From contig CP070837.1 of assembly GCA_020341815.1 (NCBI GenBank), positions 1,044,575-1,108,574 of the forward strand: a stretch of DNA of 64,000 nt, written 5' to 3'. The notes beneath the pieces are model-generated. The model was not told the DNA's origin and searched no databases. It was given only the letters and a program-made list of their open reading frames with translations. Position 1 is the stretch's first letter. Every line of letters starts with the position of its first letter. The stretch is from Candidatus Omnitrophota bacterium (lineage in GTDB: Bacteria > Omnitrophota > Gorgyraeia > JAFGHF01). A program made the position numbers and the translations under genes. Positions 61,989 through 64,000 of the stretch are shown here, one piece after another.

Positions 61989-63622
61989 AACAGGCAATTG
62001 CCTATTTAAGAAAATCAACAGACTTACAAGAAGCCTCTTTGGAGCAGCAGAGGGAGAAAATCCTCCTGTTTGCAGAAGAGCATTCTATTAAAGTGATTGA
62101 GTTCTTTGCCGAGGAGGCCTGCGGCGAGAATGTCGAAGGCCGGCCGCAATTCCGCAGGATGATAGATTGCTGTAAAGGACAGGATAACTTTCAATACGTG
62201 TTTGTATATGATATCTCCCGATGGGGCAGATTTGAGAATCCGAAGGAAGCTGTATATTGGGAAGTAGAAATAGAGAAGGCAGGCAAAAAGCTTGTTTTTG
62301 TTTCGGAAGGTTTTAAGGAAGACAATATAGGCACCTCAATTACAAATTTTGTAAAGAGCGCAGAGGCCTCAGAATATCTAAAGAATATCCGGCGGCAGAC
62401 GACAAGGGGCATGATTTACAACGCAAAGCAGGGCTTTTGGATGGGCGGCAGGCCTCCTTATGGATATGACCGGGCTATTGTTGAAAACGGAAAGATAATC
62501 GGGGTTTTGCCGCAAGGGAAGCAGAAGGGCATAAAAGATCAGAAAATAAAGCTTGTTATAAATAAGCAGCAGGCCAAGGTGATAAGGATAATATATATCA
62601 TGTTTGCGAAGCAAGGCCTGTCGGTGCGCTCTATAGCTACTTACTTAAATCAAAGCCGATATTCTCCTCCAAGGGGCCGGATGTGGACAAAATCAGCCCT
62701 CTGGCGGATGTTACATAATGAGGTTTATATCGGGATGTTAGTGTATAACCGGGAAAATAAACACAAGAGGCACGGCAGACATAAATATAACCCTAAAGAC
62801 AAATGGATAATTGTAGAGAATGCCCACCAGCCGATAATTCCTCTGGAGCTTTGGGAAATGGCCCAGGCAAGGACAAATCAGGCCTTTGCAGGCGGAAGGT
62901 TTGTGTCCAGAGGAAACAGGCCGCGGAGCAATTATCTTTTATCAGGACTTATAAAATGCGGGAAATGCGGCTCTAACTTTCATGGCAGCCGCTATCATAG
63001 AAAACATTCCATAACCAGAGTATATTGCTGCGGCGGTTATAATATGTATGGTAACAATGTCTGCGCCAGATGGGAAGTGAATGCCGGTGAGCTCGAAGAC
63101 TTTGTCTTAAAATATATACAGGGCAAAATAGATAATCCTATATGGCGCAAGGAGTTAAGACAGGAACTCTTGAAGATGGTTAAAATTGCAGAAGGCAAAT
63201 CAGGCGGCAGGCTGCACGAGCTTGACAAAGAAATCAAAGAAGTGTCTCTAAAGATAGAGAACTGGAAAAGAGCCATTGAAAAAGGCGTAGAATTGGATAA
63301 TGCCGTCAGTATTATCAATAAATATGTATTTCAGAGGCAGCAATTATATCAGGAAAAGGGCAGGCTGTCGGCAAAAGTGCATAACGGCAGCGCCGATAAG
63401 GCCGTAGAGAAGATGCTGTCTTATCTGGACGACTTCAAAGACATATTGAGCTATGGCGAGCCGGAAAGGAAAAAGGACTTTATCAGGCTGTTTGTTAAGG
63501 GTGTTATGATGAATCCTGAGACGAGAGAAGCCAAAATAACCCTTTACAGGCGGCCGAAATCTGGTATAATATTAGGACCTGAAAAGTGCGAGTTGACAGA
63601 AGAAATAGTCTATCAGAATTGA
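61985..63622 (+). CDS. Large serine recombinase (resolvase, recombinase, Zn-ribbon, coiled coil)
   Basis: YLRKST catalytic Ser, RPQF, SRWGR, PPYGY, YLLSGLIKCGKCG. Confidence 0.95.
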   Translation: MKQAIAYLRKSTDLQEASLEQQREKILLFAEEHSIKVIEFFAEEACGENVEGRPQFRRMIDCCKGQDNFQYVFVYDISRWGRFENPKEAVYWEVEIEKAGKKLVFVSEGFKEDNIGTSITNFVKSAEASEYLKNIRRQTTRGMIYNAKQGFWMGGRPPYGYDRAIVENGKIIGVLPQGKQKGIKDQKIKLVINKQQAKVIRIIYIMFAKQGLSVRSIATYLNQSRYSPPRGRMWTKSALWRMLHNEVYIGMLVYNRENKHKRHGRHKYNPKDKWIIVENAHQPIIPLELWEMAQARTNQAFAGGRFVSRGNRPRSNYLLSGLIKCGKCGSNFHGSRYHRKHSITRVYCCGGYNMYGNNVCARWEVNAGELEDFVLKYIQGKIDNPIWRKELRQELLKMVKIAEGKSGGRLHELDKEIKEVSLKIENWKRAIEKGVELDNAVSIINKYVFQRQQLYQEKGRLSAKVHNGSADKAVEKMLSYLDDFKDILSYGEPERKKDFIRLFVKGVMMNPETREAKITLYRRPKSGIILGPEKCELTEEIVYQN

Positions 63623-63799
63623 AAGAGACCCCTTGGGGTCGCCAGATTATATACTTCTTTAGTTCCCAACCGGAACAAAAGAGGGGTTTGGGGAGAAAAA
63701 AGTGTTTTTTCTCCCCAAGGGCAACTTCTTCTTTGCGTAAGGAAAGAAAAATATTAAAAAGAAAACCATCAGGGTTTTCTTTTTAAGGAGCGAAGCGAC

Positions 63800-63865
63800 C
63801 CGGTTGCGGGTCGCCATCGATTCAGACACTCTTGTAACTTACGCAGTTATAAGAGGTTAAATAAA
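63800..63865 (+). repeat. Degenerate second copy of the attL-type junction
   Basis: 61/65 identical (plus 1-nt insertion) to 52481-52545. Confidence 0.85.
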
Positions 63866-63896
63866 TTGTTTCTAGCCTAGAAAGAGGAGGGCGGAC

Positions 63897-64000
63897 GTGG
63901 ATAAAAGTCGATTAGCAGTTTTTATTGATTATGAGAATATTTACATAGGCATGAAGAAACAATTTTCAGCAATTCCGAATCCGGATAAAATAGTAGCTCT
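63897..64000 (+). CDS. NYN/LabA-DUF88 PIN-fold protein, truncated by the window end
   Basis: GGAGG RBS; VDKSRLAVFIDYENIY. Confidence 0.7.
   Translation, partial: MDKSRLAVFIDYENIYIGMKKQFSAIPNPDKIVA

Larger units (their letters stand above)
52485..63634 (+). mobile_element. Serine-recombinase integrative island in tRNA-Glu
   Basis: ttggggtcgcca at 52485-52496 and 63633-63644; rejoined ends form a 17/22 inverted repeat around TT; recombinase gene abuts the right junction. Confidence 0.85.

Noticed and set aside
52711-63622. Prophage or ICE
   Set aside because: No terminase, capsid, tail, relaxase or T4SS genes recognised.
52481-63865. 65-bp direct repeat as the attL/attR pair of the island
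   Set aside because: Serine recombinases do not need long duplications; the junction at 63633 abuts the recombinase and yields a symmetric attP, so it is preferred. The alternative is kept as a refutation test.

Overview
Chromosomal window around the replication origin of a bacterium. Gene content and several secreted-protein families suggest Omnitrophota/PVC (inference from memory, not a search). Left of oriC (~3.7-42 kb) is a long minus-strand run of housekeeping genes: gltX, vor/kor, dxs, xseAB, rny, rarA, 6S RNA, pheST, trk, rplT-rpmI-infC-thrS, tRNAs, coaBC, gmk, parAB, yidC, rnpA, rpmH. Right of it are dnaA-dnaN-dciA-gyrB(intein)-gyrA and tRNA-Glu. From ~52485 to 63634 an ~11.1 kb island is integrated in the tRNA-Glu 3' end by a large serine recombinase, and its symmetric attP can be rebuilt from the two junctions. 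The island carries a two-MTase restriction system with an MTase-Vsr fusion, several orphan defence-like genes and an XRE switch. A second related junction follows at ~63800. Other notable items: a fixed-length 113-bp TIR element at stop/start overlaps (2 copies), a heptamer-repeat palindromic element (2 copies), a LAGLIDADG gene filling a tRNA-tRNA spacer, an FGE/C-lectin gene with a DGR-like A-depleted 3' end inside the Trk operon, and two nucleotidyltransferase + small-protein cassettes.
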